Below, piece by piece: positions 1 to 13,143 of a DNA stretch of 64,000 bases; within the stretch, counting starts at the first letter, position 1; the number at the start of each line of letters is the position of its first letter. The notes under the pieces were generated by a model. It was given only the letters and a program-made list of their open reading frames with translations. It was not told the DNA's origin and did no database searches. A program made the position numbers and the translations under genes. Source of the stretch: Pecten maximus (lineage: Eukaryota); the NCBI RefSeq assembly GCF_902652985.1, contig NC_047018.1, positions 27,404,001 through 27,468,000 of the forward strand. The letters run 5' to 3'.

Positions 1-1139
1 AAGAAGAGCCCATTATTAAAAAAATGAGAGAAAAAAACATCTCTAGCATCTCTAAAAACCATATGTTGAGAATATCGGTAGTTCGAGTACAGGTGTACCT
101 GCTTTCTGTGACAACTGTTTTTACATTTAATGAGATAACGGAGCGGTGGACGAGATGACCAGTGGACACTTGACCGAGACAGGTACACATTTCTCTTAGG
201 GTGGCAATGTAAACACAAAGGCGACAAGATCAGTTAGATATCTCCACGTATGCCCCTTTTATCTCCTTGGAGTTAGGGTGTACGCGTGACGCGCGCGACT
301 ACCTGTCCACGTCATTTGTCTCTCTTAAACGTAACGTTGGTCTTAGTTCATCTTTGAATTATAGATTGATTACATGCTCGTGCGATATCAGATTGACTTG
401 TTCGATTAAGGACATATATCCCCTAACATATGTAAATAAAACACAAGATTTAGTACAGTGCTGCACACGAACTCTCGTAGATCAGAGGTTCTTAAAAACC
501 TCGAGAGTCATGAGAAATCTGTTTCTCTGTAACTTGACAAGCGTTTATATAATAATCAACCACAAGGTTAAATTCGGTTGTTCATCAAACGTTAATGACT
601 TTTGTTAATGCTTCCAAACACCCGATATAAGGCAGGACACGTGCTTGGTACACTAGGATAGGCTTTCCACTACTTTATACAAATTGCCTACAGATAGTGT
701 GTCAGAAACAAACATATACTGTGGCTTGGTGGATTGTCCTCTGGAAAACCCCGGCTAACCTGTTGTCGCTATACAGCTATGAGCGAAACATGAAATGGCA
801 TGGATATTGATTGTGTAATAATCGCAAACCGACCGATTAAAGTTTCAATTAACCGTGGAGAGTTGTCAGGTGACACAATTAAGGTAGTAGTAATTCGTTT
901 GTTTTGGGTTTTACATCTTAGCAACATGCTCGTTCAAATATAAAGCCGTATGGCGCTCATTTTCATTAATAATGGGGCACTCGTGTCAGTATCCGGGCAT
1001 TCTACCCGTGATAACAACATCGGTGGAAATATCTAGGGAGACACGAACACATTGCCGTGACAACAGGTGAACGAGAAGTTACCAGGAAAACAACCATCTA
1101 GCCACACTTTTACTGGAGAAAAAAACATACAGGCCAGTA

Positions 1140-1905
1140 AACTGGGTGGTGTCTAGAGGACAATCCATCCAGTTATAGTAAACTTACAACAGACCAACTG
1201 GTGGTGTCTAGAGGACAATCCATCCAGTCACAGCTGACTGACAACAGGCCAACTGGTGGTGTCTAGAGGACAATCCATCCAGTCACAGCTGACTGACAAC
1301 AGGCCAACTGGTGGTGTCTAGAGGACAATCCATCCAGTCACAGCTGACTGACAACAGGCCAACTGGTGGTGTCTAGAAGACAATCCATCCAGTCACAGCT
1401 GACTGACAACAGGCCAACTGGTGGTGTCTAGAAGACAATCCATCCAGTCACAGCTGACTGACAACAGGCCAACTGGTGGTGTATAGAGAACAATCCATCC
1501 AGTCACAGCTGACTGACAACAGGCCAACTGATGGTGTCTAGAGGACAATCCATCCAGTCAGAGCTGACTGACAACAGGCCAAATGATGTTGTCCAGAGGA
1601 CAATCCATCCAGTCACAGCTGACTGACAACAGGCCAAATGATGGTGTCTAGAGGACAATCCATCCAGTCACAGCTGACTGACAACAGGCAAACTGGTGGT
1701 GTCTAGAGAACAATCCATCCAGTCACAGTAAACTGACAACACGCCAACAGGGGGAGTCTAGAGGACAATCCATCCAGTCACAGCTGACTGACAACACGCC
1801 AACAGGGGGAGTCTAGAGGACAATCCATCCAGTCACAGCTGACTGACAACACGCCAACAGGGGGAGTCTAGAGGACAATCCATCCAGTCACAGCTGACTG
1901 ACAAC
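1140..1905. repeat. 55-bp minisatellite, ~14 copies
   Basis: Unit AACTGGTGGTGTCTAGAGGACAATCCATCCAGTCACAGCTGACTGACAACAGGCC recurs every 55 bp (e.g. 1251, 1306). It contains a hairpin CAGTCA-CAGC-TGACTG. Degenerate copies at ~1010-1140. Confidence 0.95.
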
Positions 1906-1908
1906 ATG

Positions 1909-2090
1909 TATGGTGTAGTGAATTGTACTATACATAGCATCATGAACACGTACAATTTGTATATGATGGTGTAGTGAATTGTACTATAGTATATATAGAA
2001 CCATGAACACATATATGATGGTGTAGTGAATTAAACTATATATAGCACCATGAACACGTATTTGTTGATGCGGTGAATTGTACTATATGT
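1909..2090. repeat. degenerate ~50-55-bp tandem repeat, 3-4 copies
   Basis: ATGGTGTAGTGAATTGTACTATA...CATGAACAC recurs. Confidence 0.8.
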
Positions 2091-4124
2091 AATCTATCCT
2101 GTTTGATGAGTTTTAAACATTACATTACAATAGGATATTCTCCTAGTTCTGCCACTAATATGAATATTCATAGTGCATTCATGCTCATTTCAATTATCAC
2201 AAATAGGCTATTTGTACATACTGTCGTAACTACAATGTACAGAATATCAATAAACAAGAAAACATTTCGAAGTTAAAAATGATCAAAAACAGAGGCAATA
2301 CATTCCTAAATTGCCTATGTCGGCATGTCAAACATTTTTTGTTTTGACATTTATTACTCATCCTACTTCATATCCAATTGTTCTCTTTAACAACACTCAT
2401 TTACGCGTGTTACCTGATTGATTTTATTAATATAAATACGTCGGTATAGTAGGCTATGGGTCTTCATTTCAATAGGGGTAGAGAGGTGTATAATATTTAT
2501 TGTTGTCTGTGTAATTTTCGAGCCATTAAGTAACTAGAAATATTCTCATATATGACATTATGGAGACAGAATAAACCCCACGTGCAACAAAACGCCGCAC
2601 CACTTTATTGTTACCAGTAACTAGAACACCTGTCTTATTGTCACTTGCAACTTGCTGTTTTCTCTCAAACTACAAAATATAAGTGGTATGAATATATTAC
2701 AGTGCAATATCGTTATTAATGTAGCAATCTTAACGTAATAAACTCATAGCATTATTAGTATTAATTCAATGTGATACAATACAATGTCTGATGTTTTTAG
2801 GCTTTTATGGATATTATATTACCTGTTTATTTAATCAGAGGGTATGTATTGGTATTTATTACAAAATGCGTTTGATCTTCCTATGAAGAGAAATGAAAGT
2901 TAAATGAAGAAATGAGGACTTTGACTTTAATGGTAATCAGTATCAGGTGATATATCAGTAACACATCGGATTGGTTCTCTGTCCATAGGTCCATAATCAT
3001 GAAAATTGAAAACCAGAACAATTAACTTGTGCTATTGAAATGGGAATGCTGTACGCATGACCTCCTTCTGAACTGGCGTAAGGTGAATTGGTCTGTAATT
3101 CTTTATTTGGCAGTCAATACACTTCGTGACTGAATGGCGTGTTTCTTTACGAACGGTCACCCCTTGGACGCAACATAAAGGTTAATTGTATAATACTCCT
3201 TTATTTCAAATCTGATGCTGAAAATTTAAAATAACTCTTAATTGTAATTTCTTTAGAGTAAATGACAGGTGGACGGCTTGATGTTTACATTCCTAATTAT
3301 AATAATTTTGTGTATATGTCAAGAAGTATATGTGAATACCTAAATGTAATAAGTGAAAATCTGGGGATAGAAGTAAACAAATGAACCCATAATTTGAAAC
3401 GCTACATTCATCCACTTTTGTCGTAAATAAAATAGCGAGGACACATGTTCTTGTTCTAAACTGACGTGTCATATTTACTTTACACTCTGAAAGGATATAG
3501 ATTAGTTTATGTATATTGACCTTTCCATATAAATCGTTTATAACCGTGTCTTAAATTATATATAATACACAATATTACGGCAGGTGGTTCCTTTGTAACA
3601 GAGTGATGGTGTGTACAGTAAAGGTGAACATCAACATCATTGTTTGTGTATTATTTGTCCTTTGTGTGCAGTTACAAGTCGCCGTGTTAATTCCATGGTT
3701 ATCATGATTATATAATGAAAATCCCAATCTCATTCTTAATACAAGATTTGATAGCCAAATAGAATCCAGAGGTCTTGCTGATAGCCTTGAGGATCTGAGT
3801 ACAGTACGAGAGTTTCTAATAAAAATAATGGGTAAGAAAGGCTTTCATTAATAAATGAAAGTTTGGAATTCACTAAAATTCATTATTGATCAGAAAGTAT
3901 ATAAGAAACTGTCAAAGAAGCTTGAGGTAGCTTTTTTTATATTTGGATTAGACTCTACAATATAAAACCTTAGCATTACATAGTTCCGGGTGTACATACA
4001 CTCTACCTGTCCTGTCAGTGCCAGCCGGCATTATCTTGATAACTGTCTGACAAAGAGATACTGTAATCATTCCTGTGATTAATCAGATTTGTTAGTATAC
4101 TATATAAGCACTAGGAATGTATGT

Positions 4125-4390
4125 CTTGTAATATGTCTGATGTGTATTATCATATCCCACGGGTCCTACTACAGAACTTGTAATATAAGTATGATGTGTA
4201 TAATCATATCCCACGGGTCCTAACACAGAACTTGTAATATAAGTTTGTTGTCTAGGATCATATCTCACGGGTCCTAATACAGAACTTGTTATATAAGTAT
4301 GATGTGTATAATCATATCCACGGGTCCTAATACAGAACTTGTTATATAAGCATGATGTGTATAACCATATCCCGCGAGTCCTAACACATA
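4125..4390. repeat. 54-bp minisatellite, ~5 copies
   Basis: CTTGTAATATAAGTATGATGTGTATAATCATATCCCACGGGTCCTAACACAGAA recurs (4177, 4231...). Confidence 0.9.
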
Positions 4391-6511
4391 GATATGAACA
4401 TTTAAATGAAATAAAAACTACCCTAAATTACATATTCTTCCTCTCGCTTGTATGTTCCGGTTGGCAGCATCGAGATTATTTCACTTCACAGTAAGTGTCA
4501 ATTATCTGTTATATTTACAATGATAAAACTGAAATCCAATACGAACGTCTCCTAATAGCCATGTACTTCGAAATCGAAATCAGTGACTGAAGAATGCATG
4601 TCCATGAATGTCTTTAGGAATTTGTTTCTGGTGTCAAGGCAATAAAAGTAAAAAATTATAGAGCTGCCCATGGTGAGAGACAGAGAGGGGTGGTCTTGGG
4701 GCTACCCGGTATGGCCGGGAGGGGTCAAATAAAGCCAGACTAGGATTGGTCTGGAAGTGGACGGTCCAGGAATTATGCCAGTCATGAAAAGGTAGACCGA
4801 TGTGACCGGGGAGATAATGAACTAAGGGTCGAGGAGGGGTGGATCGGAGGGAGAATCGAGAATAGGCTAGGCTGGTAAACATGGTAAAGGAGGGCGGAAA
4901 GTTGGGAAACCGACAAGGCCAGGTGGTCGGCATGCCATCTACGGTAGACTCAATCAAATTTACATATTAGTTTAAACTTGTAAAACAGTTATCAGTTTGA
5001 TCATCTGCCATAACTTTATATCCGCGTTACAGAAAATATGGCTACACATCAAATACTGTGCCTATTACATGTAAAACCGTTATCATACTTACTCGGGAGT
5101 TCCAATGTTGTGTGAAATATTTAGATCCGGGAAGGGGGCACCTCACATGATCAACATATGTCCACAGATCGATCCATATCGTTATTATACAGCCGGACAT
5201 ATATCCTCGGACACAGCACTGTGTACAGGAATGTATCGGGGGAACTACATACAATCAATTTACCTGTTCAATTGTTTAGGTAGGTAACGCATGACGTTTC
5301 CAACAAAGACTGGTTCTATTGTGCAGTCGGGGGATTTGGATTAAAGTCCGCGCGGTAAAATAACAGTGTTCATTTACTGTATTGGTATTAAAGTAAACGA
5401 TATTGTTCAGAGTACTGGAGTCGGGAATTATGTTGCCATTTAATATGACCATACGGTGTTAACGGGGGTCTGTATGGTTGTAAAACAGAAAGGTCGCGTA
5501 ATAAGTTTCGTTACTATTAATTGTTTAAGATTATGCTCTGTTATACGTATTAAACAGTGTACGTGTGACTTATGTAAACCTTGCATTCGTTAACAATAGT
5601 CCTCATTTGATTTTTCCATAAACAAGCACAATTAATTCATAATTTATAGTTAACTATAGCGTTGTGAACAATGGATCAATATAAATAACCCTTTCTAAAC
5701 TGTAAACAAAAGTCAAGCCTGTCACAGTACTATGTAATGTCCTAGAGACCATACATTTCCATACAACACAGTGTACAGTACCTACCATCACAACACGGTT
5801 AGGTTGAGGATAGTGCTTTAGCATAATACCCAGTGGCCTAAATAAACTACGACAATTAAATGTTTGTACAACCTTTTATCCATTGGCTTATAGTTAGCGA
5901 TTAAGAATTATTCTTCTTTTTACTTAAATATTTTGACAGAACTTTATTTTTGGCACAAAGTACAAATAAATATTGTTATAATAGTTTGTGGATAAACCTT
6001 ATTATTTCCTACAAAGGCCTGTTACTGTCTCTGTGTATATATACAGACACGTAATAGTTGGTGTTTAGTATGAAAATTATTTTGTCATGATACGAACATT
6101 AAACGTCGGGGAAAATAACCAAAATACATAGGTGAAAGGAGTATAATGTATGTCAAAAATACTGTAAACGTACAAATTTTAACGTCAATCTTATCTTTTC
6201 CGCGCAGAAAACATTCCGCTTATTGATGATTGCAATAATGACAATGAATTTCGATTGTTTTCAACGATTAATATTTGGATACGCTGATTTATCATTGCGT
6301 ATACTAAATTTGATAGTTTACAATATTCAGTTCAATTATTGATGAATATTCCATTATTTTGTATAGTACCATCAAGTATAATGGAAACATTAAGGAAGTC
6401 CTGCAATATTCACCCAATTCATTCACATTTGATCTATCTAAATTCCCACCAATGTGAACCAATCCTGGTACACCTGGAAAAGGAAACCGGGAGCATGTAT
6501 TACCAGATTAT

Positions 6512-6701
6512 TACGATGGCTGATTTGTGCCATTTCGTTTTTTCGTCTTTTCGCCCAGAGAAGACGAAACATCATACGCGAAAAGACGAAATAAATTAAG
6601 CTTTCTTAATTGAGTCTTTTCGGCGCGAAAAGACGGAATTCAAGGTTTGTTAATTAAAAAGGACAAGAATAAAGACGAAATGGCACAGATCAGCCACCGT
6701 T
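6512..6701. mobile_element. non-autonomous TIR element (MITE), IS3EU-type termini
   Basis: TIRs ACGATGGCTGATTTGTGCCATTTCGT (6513-6538) / ACGAAATGGCACAGATCAGCCACCGT (6675-6700). Flanks GATTAT/CATTAT give a 5/6 match to a 6-bp TSD. TAY.. termini with a 6-bp TSD are the IS3EU signature. Confidence 0.75.
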
Positions 6702-8581
6702 CATTATACACCTATACAACTCGGACAAGTCAGAAACCATGCCTATTAGATCGGTGCTAATCTTGTCCTGATAGCTCGTTTTTTGTGCCTTTATGAACAT
6801 TGTGTAATTCATTTTGTGAACATTCATTACCAAATTTTCACAAAAAGTATAAAGTATTAGCAACGTGTTGTTTAAATGAATCAGTTTGTCAAGATAAAAC
6901 TTATGAAGTAACTTTTTATGATGCTTGAAATTATTTAATTTGGTAAGTAGGTTATAGTCCGATCAGAAGTCACAATGGCTGTCTTTGATCTCCAATAAGT
7001 AAACCAAATGCGTTCTACAAGTGAAATGGACTTTTTAGTATCCACGCAGTAGAAAATAGAAACGATATCCTCGTGTAGACTGTCAGCCTTTGTTTGGATG
7101 ATGTAATTAAAGTGATAATATTAATCCAAGTGCAAGAGTGAAAATATATCGGAATGAAATATCCAGCCTGTTAGAATCTCGATATACTATCAGTTTAAAT
7201 ATCTGCGCATTAACATATTTATATCAAATGTACTAACTCATTATCAACCTTATTATATTTACTGGATTATATAATGTATCACGTTCATCGTAAAGGGCCC
7301 GTAATCGTACGCGTATCTTAACGACGTAATTAAAATGTGTCATTTACTGCTATCAGATAATAAGTCAGTATATGTTTCCGCCTCAAATTGCAATGTATAC
7401 GAAGGTGGGCTCTTGGAGCCACTTATTAAAATCTGTGAGGCACTGGACTATACTCTAATCATCGGTACGTATGACGACAGGAGTTTTTGCACTCTCTAGA
7501 TCTGTAATGTTTCATTGGTATCCGTGTTAATGATATTTTATTCTTTTGATAATCGGTTTTGAGCTAGAAGTATGTTTTCGTGTACACGTCCATCGTAACC
7601 CAATGGAATTATACTACACTTATAACGTTTTCCAGCTAACTGTTGAATTTGAAAGAAGCGTAATTATTTCCATAAGGTACAGAAGACTCCAAATGTAAGA
7701 ACCCTTTACAAAATAGGCTCTTTAACTTAATGCATGCTATTCACCGTTTGTCGTCCCTTTCTTGGAATTTTTTGCATCTTTACAAATGTTTTAGATAACA
7801 AAAAGCACCAGAAATATGTTTCTAAAAAGGCATGCGCTATGCTTTTGTGTTCTTATTACATGTATTTAAACCACAACATAGAGTTGCAGTAGTCTAATTG
7901 ACAAGCCCTGTATGTATGCGGTATCATCGTAAACGGTATGTACTTATCTGAAGACAGTATTTTATTCGTAGATGGCAGAATGTCAAGATTTTTATTTCCT
8001 TCACACTTTAGTGTAAAACAAGAGGTCATTATAGAACAAATATCAAACATGACAGAATTTAAGTACATACTCAACTCAACCTGGAATGTTCTCCTCAAAG
8101 GTCATAACCGATTAGCTAGGTTTATGTAGAAACAAAGTGTATAGGTAGGTCATCGTGAAAATGGGCTTTCCTTTATAATGAGTGGTTAGAATTCAACAGA
8201 CGTGAGTTTGGAGCCTGTGTGACCAAACGCAGAGAGATCATAAAGAGACAGGCGTTCTCAAATGAAGAAGTACATTTTGTATTAATTGGTGGTCATTATA
8301 AATATCATGTCGGGTTTTAATACAGACTTATGCTAAAATATTCTAATCGTATGGCATGAAAACCAGGTTGCTTAAGGTGTAACTTATTCAATTTAAGTGA
8401 CCCTGATTTGAGAATTGATACTTGCAGAATATACACAACTATCGCATAATCTTTTTAGATTATTCAACATTCAAGCATTTAAAAATTGATTAAATTAAAG
8501 GGTCAATGCGCTTCCTCTAATATATTTTAAGTTCTGTTCAGGCCGTCCTGTCTTTCCTTCTGTATTTTCACAGTTTTGTTC

Positions 8582-8973
8582 CCTAACATCACTGACGAGT
8601 CCTGGACGGACGAGACAGCTGTATGATGTTCCTAACATCACTGATGAGTCCTAGTAGGACGAAACAACTGTATGATGTCCCTAACACAACTGACGACTCC
8701 TTGATGGACAAGACAGCTGTATTATGTCCCTAACATCACTGACAAGACGTAGACGGACGAGACAGCTGTATGATGCCCCTTACATCACAGAAAAGTCCTT
8801 GATGGACGAGACAGCTGTATGATGTCGCTAACATCACTGATGAGTCCTTGATGGACGAGACAGATGTATGATGTCCCTAACATCACTGACAAGTCGTAGA
8901 CGGACTAGACATATGTATGATGTCCCTTATATTGCTGACGAGTCCTAGACGGAGGAAACAGCTGTATGATGTC
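8582..8973 (+). ncRNA. tandem array of 8 x 49-nt hammerhead ribozyme units
   Basis: Each unit: ACATCA (stem I) - CTGAYGA core - GTCC N5 GGAC (stem II) - GAAA/GAGA - palindromic ACAGCTGT (stem III) - GTA cleavage triplet - TGATGT (stem I'). Unit 2 (8635-8678) has a fully canonical core CTGATGA...GAAA. Confidence 0.9.
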
Positions 8974-9029
8974 ATTAGCATCCGAACATGTTTATGATAC
9001 AGTTCTATACATTTTTCGGCATATTGATC

Positions 9030-9310
9030 TATTACTTTACACTTTATCTTTAACTTTATACATTATCTATTACTTTATAGCTGTTATTTTATCTATTCAT
9101 ACTCTATAACTTTATATTCTATATATTACTTTATCTATTATATTTTATACTCTGTTTATTACTTTAAACTCTGTGTATATATATATACATGTACATGTAT
9201 ATTACTTTTTAGTTTATTTATTATTTTATACTTTATCTATTACGTTATACTCTAAATATCATTTTATACTCTATTACTTTACACTTTATCTATTACTAAA
9301 TTATTATTTA
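9030..9310. repeat. AT-rich low-complexity tract
   Basis: Degenerate TATTACTTTATATCTC-like units directly downstream of the hammerhead array. Confidence 0.7.
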
Positions 9311-9847
9311 GATAAGCTGCCCACTTGTCTTTTGTTCAGTCCAATCAAGCAATATTACAAAGACAGCACTGAAAGTCCAGACCATTGTTCAGAAAAAGAA
9401 TCTAATTAAAACACCGGTGACTTTGGCCTTTAATCTTCATACCTTACATATTATTCTAATCAAGCACATTCAGCAAGTAATTCACCCTGGTTAACTTAAG
9501 TTATCGTGAGGATTTTCTATTTGCAGTAACGATAATTTTTCTCTTCAGAAATGAAAAACAGTCCGTAACTTTCAATTTTTCTGCCTGAAGAAAGCAGGAA
9601 GTAACCGATTGTGTTACAGTTAAAAAGCCTTGACCTCGATTTGTATACCTGAGTGTGTATATCAGTAAAGACATGTTATCAAATTTATCAAAGTAAATCT
9701 TAGTTCAGACGACGACCACTGATCGTTTTATCTGCGTTTTCTCATTTGTTAAGATTTTTAAGCATGTAATCACATTAGTAATCTTAATATCAATAGTATG
9801 TCTCTGGTTAGATCAATTCGCTCTTCTTATTCCACTTTTTTATATTT

Positions 9848-11966
9848 CCATATCTACACATTTAGGGTACCATATCTACACATTTAGAGTACCATATCTC
9901 CATATTTAGGGTACCATATCTACACATTTAGGGTACCATATCTACACATTTAGGGTACCATATCTACACATTTAGGGTACCATATCTCCACATTTAGGGT
10001 ACCATATCTACACATTTAGGGTACCATAATTACACACAGAGTACCATATCTACACACAGAGTACCATATCTACACCTTTAGAGTACTATATCTACACATT
10101 TAGGGTACCATATCTACACACAGAGTACCATATCTACATCTTTAGAGTACCATATCTACACATTTAGGGTACCATATCTACACATTTAGGGTACCATATC
10201 TACACACATAGTACCATATCTACATCTTTAGAGTACCATATCTACACATTTAGGGTACCATATCTACACATTTAGGGTACCATATCTACACATTTAGGGT
10301 ACCATATCTACACATTTAGGGTACCATATCTACACATCTGGAGTACCATATCTACACATTTAGGGTACCATATCTACACACAGAGTACCATATCTACACA
10401 CAGAGTACCATATCTACACCTTTAGAGTACTATATCTTCACATTTAGGGTACCATATCTACACATTTAGGGTACCATATCTACACACATAGTACCATATC
10501 TACATCTTTAGAGTACCATATCTACACATTTAGGGTACCATATCTACACATCTAGGGTACCATATCTACACATTTAGGGTACCATATCTACACATTTAGG
10601 GTACCATATCTACACATTTAGGATACCATATCTACACATTTAGGGTACCATATTTAGAGTACCATATCTACATATTTAGGGTACCACATCTACACATTTA
10701 GGGTACCATATCTACACATTTAGAGTATCATATCTACACATTTAGGGTACCATATCTACACATTTAGGGTACTATATTTAGAGTACCATATCTACACATT
10801 TAGGGTACCATATCTACACATTTAGGGTACCATATCTACACATTTAGGGTACCATATCTACACATTTAGGGTACCATATCTACACATCTAGGGTACCATA
10901 TCTACACATTTAGGGTACCATATCTACACATTTAGGGTATCATATCTACACATTTAAAGTACCATATCTACACATTTAGGGTACCATATCTACACACAGA
11001 GTACCATATCTACACATCTAGGGTACCACATCTACACATTTAGGGTACCATATCTACACATTTAGAGTACCATATCTACACATCTAGGGTACCATATCTA
11101 CACATCTAGGGTACCATATCTACACATCTAGGGTACCATATCTACACATTTAGGGTACCATATCTACACATTTAGGGTACCATATCTACACATTTAGGGT
11201 ATCATATCTACACATTTAGGGTACCATATCTACACACAGAGTACCATATCTACACATCTAGGGTACCACATCTACACATTTAGGGTACCATATCTACACA
11301 TTTAGAGTACCATATCTACACATCTAGGGTACCATATCTACATATTTAGGGTACCATATCTACATATTTAGGGTACCATATCTACACATTAATGGTACCA
11401 TATCTACACATTTAGGGTACCATATCTACACATCTAGGGTACCATATCTACACATTTAGGATACCATATCTACACATTTAGGGTACCATATCTACATATT
11501 TAGGGTACCATATCTACATATTAAGGGTACCATATCTACACATTTAGGGTACCATATCTACATATTTAATGTACCATATCTACACAGTTAGGGTACCATA
11601 TCTACACATTTAGGGTACCATATCTACACAGTTAGGGTACCATATCTACACATTTAGGGTACCATATCTACACATTTAGGGTACCATATCTACACATTAA
11701 GGGTACCATATCTATACGTTTAGGGTACCACATCTACACATTTAGGGTACCATATCTACACATCTAGGGTACCATATCTACACATTTACGGTACCATATC
11801 TACACATTTAGGGTACCATATCTACACACAGAGTACCATATCTACACATCTAGGGTACCATATCTACACATTTAGGGTACCATATCTACACATTTAGGGT
11901 ACCACATCTACACATTTAGGGTACCATATCTACACAGTTAGAGTACCATATCTACACATTTAGAGC
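9848..11966. repeat. 22-bp satellite, ~95 copies
   Basis: Unit TAGGGTACCATATCTACACATT with interspersed 20-bp (CACACAGAGTACC) and shorter variants. Confidence 0.97.
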
Positions 11967-13000
11967 AGAACTTCAATAGATAACTTATTAACTGGAATTA
12001 CATTGTGGTGATCAAAATGCACAGCAATAATGTAACCGTGAATCTATACAAAGTTCCAGGCAAACCAGTTCGTCAAGGTAGCAATGATATGGATAGCGTC
12101 AGCAAGACTTCATCAATGAAGTATGAAATTAATATTTTGTCCATCGAGCTATGAAGATGTCCATTACAGCGCGGTATGTATAGAAGGGCTAGGTGGTCTC
12201 TAACAAGCTGCACTCGCAAATATTTATTGTCAGTAAGGATCGTGAAACATTTGATGTTAGATTAATTTTACACGAGCGCACCTGTAAATAGGTACCATGA
12301 TGGAATTAGGACAAATATGTATTTGATAGACGTTTTAACCTTATTTAACCGTATCTGGATCCCAAAAGACTTCAAACCATATCAGTAACCCTAACAGAAA
12401 CTACAGACATTCTTAAGTCCAAAATGATATCGTGTCAAAACAGGTAAATTGTCAACAATATATAACAGCTTACTTACGGTTTTATGGAGTATAATGAAGC
12501 CAGTATCACAACTATGCAAACCCTGGTGGCAATATAGCCAGAATTCCAGGCGAGATGTGTTTTACACAAAATGTGGTATATATAATGTGTATTCCCTAAA
12601 CAAAACTTATCATGTCTAACACTAGACATTGCACATTACTTCTATTGATATAGAAAATATTATGTACACAGTGTAGTATGGTAACCGATAATTCCATACC
12701 CCTTCTGTTAAATACTATACAATGCCATAGCATTGATAAGAGTGTGTTAAAAGTAATCTGTAACATGCAATGCCTGATACGTGTACTACACAAGAATACT
12801 GCACTTAGATTAGTTCAACGACTTTGCGAGTGCGATTTGCTTGGGTTGTGTGGCTTATCAATAATTAACAAATTTCTATTTTGCTAAAGGAATTTACTTC
12901 CTCCTCAATATTCGCATGGTTGAATAGCACTAATCACCCTGTTGTTTTTATATATCTAAAACTACAATGTCAATAAAACCAATTAGAGATTATTACTCAC

Positions 13001-13143
13001 CTGTTGAAATTGTGCACAAAGTTGGTCAGTCTTTGTATGGAGCAGAAGGTTTATCCATGCGGACACTTCCTGACTTTAACCGACCCACCAGGTGTAGTAG
13101 ATTGAGAGAGTACCCCAATCGATAGCCAGTGCTATATATATAA
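13001..13143 (-). promoter_or_regulatory. candidate TATA promoter and non-coding first exon of a leftward-transcribed gene
   Basis: Minus strand: TATATATA (13133-13142), Inr-like TCAATC (~13100-13105), and a consensus donor CAG|GTGAGT at 13001/13000. No downstream coding exon was recognised in the window. Confidence 0.4.

Noticed and set aside
1140-1905. CRISPR-like array (also considered for 8582-8973 and 15175-15592)
   Set aside because: No unique spacers, eukaryotic context and no cas genes; these are plain tandem repeats.
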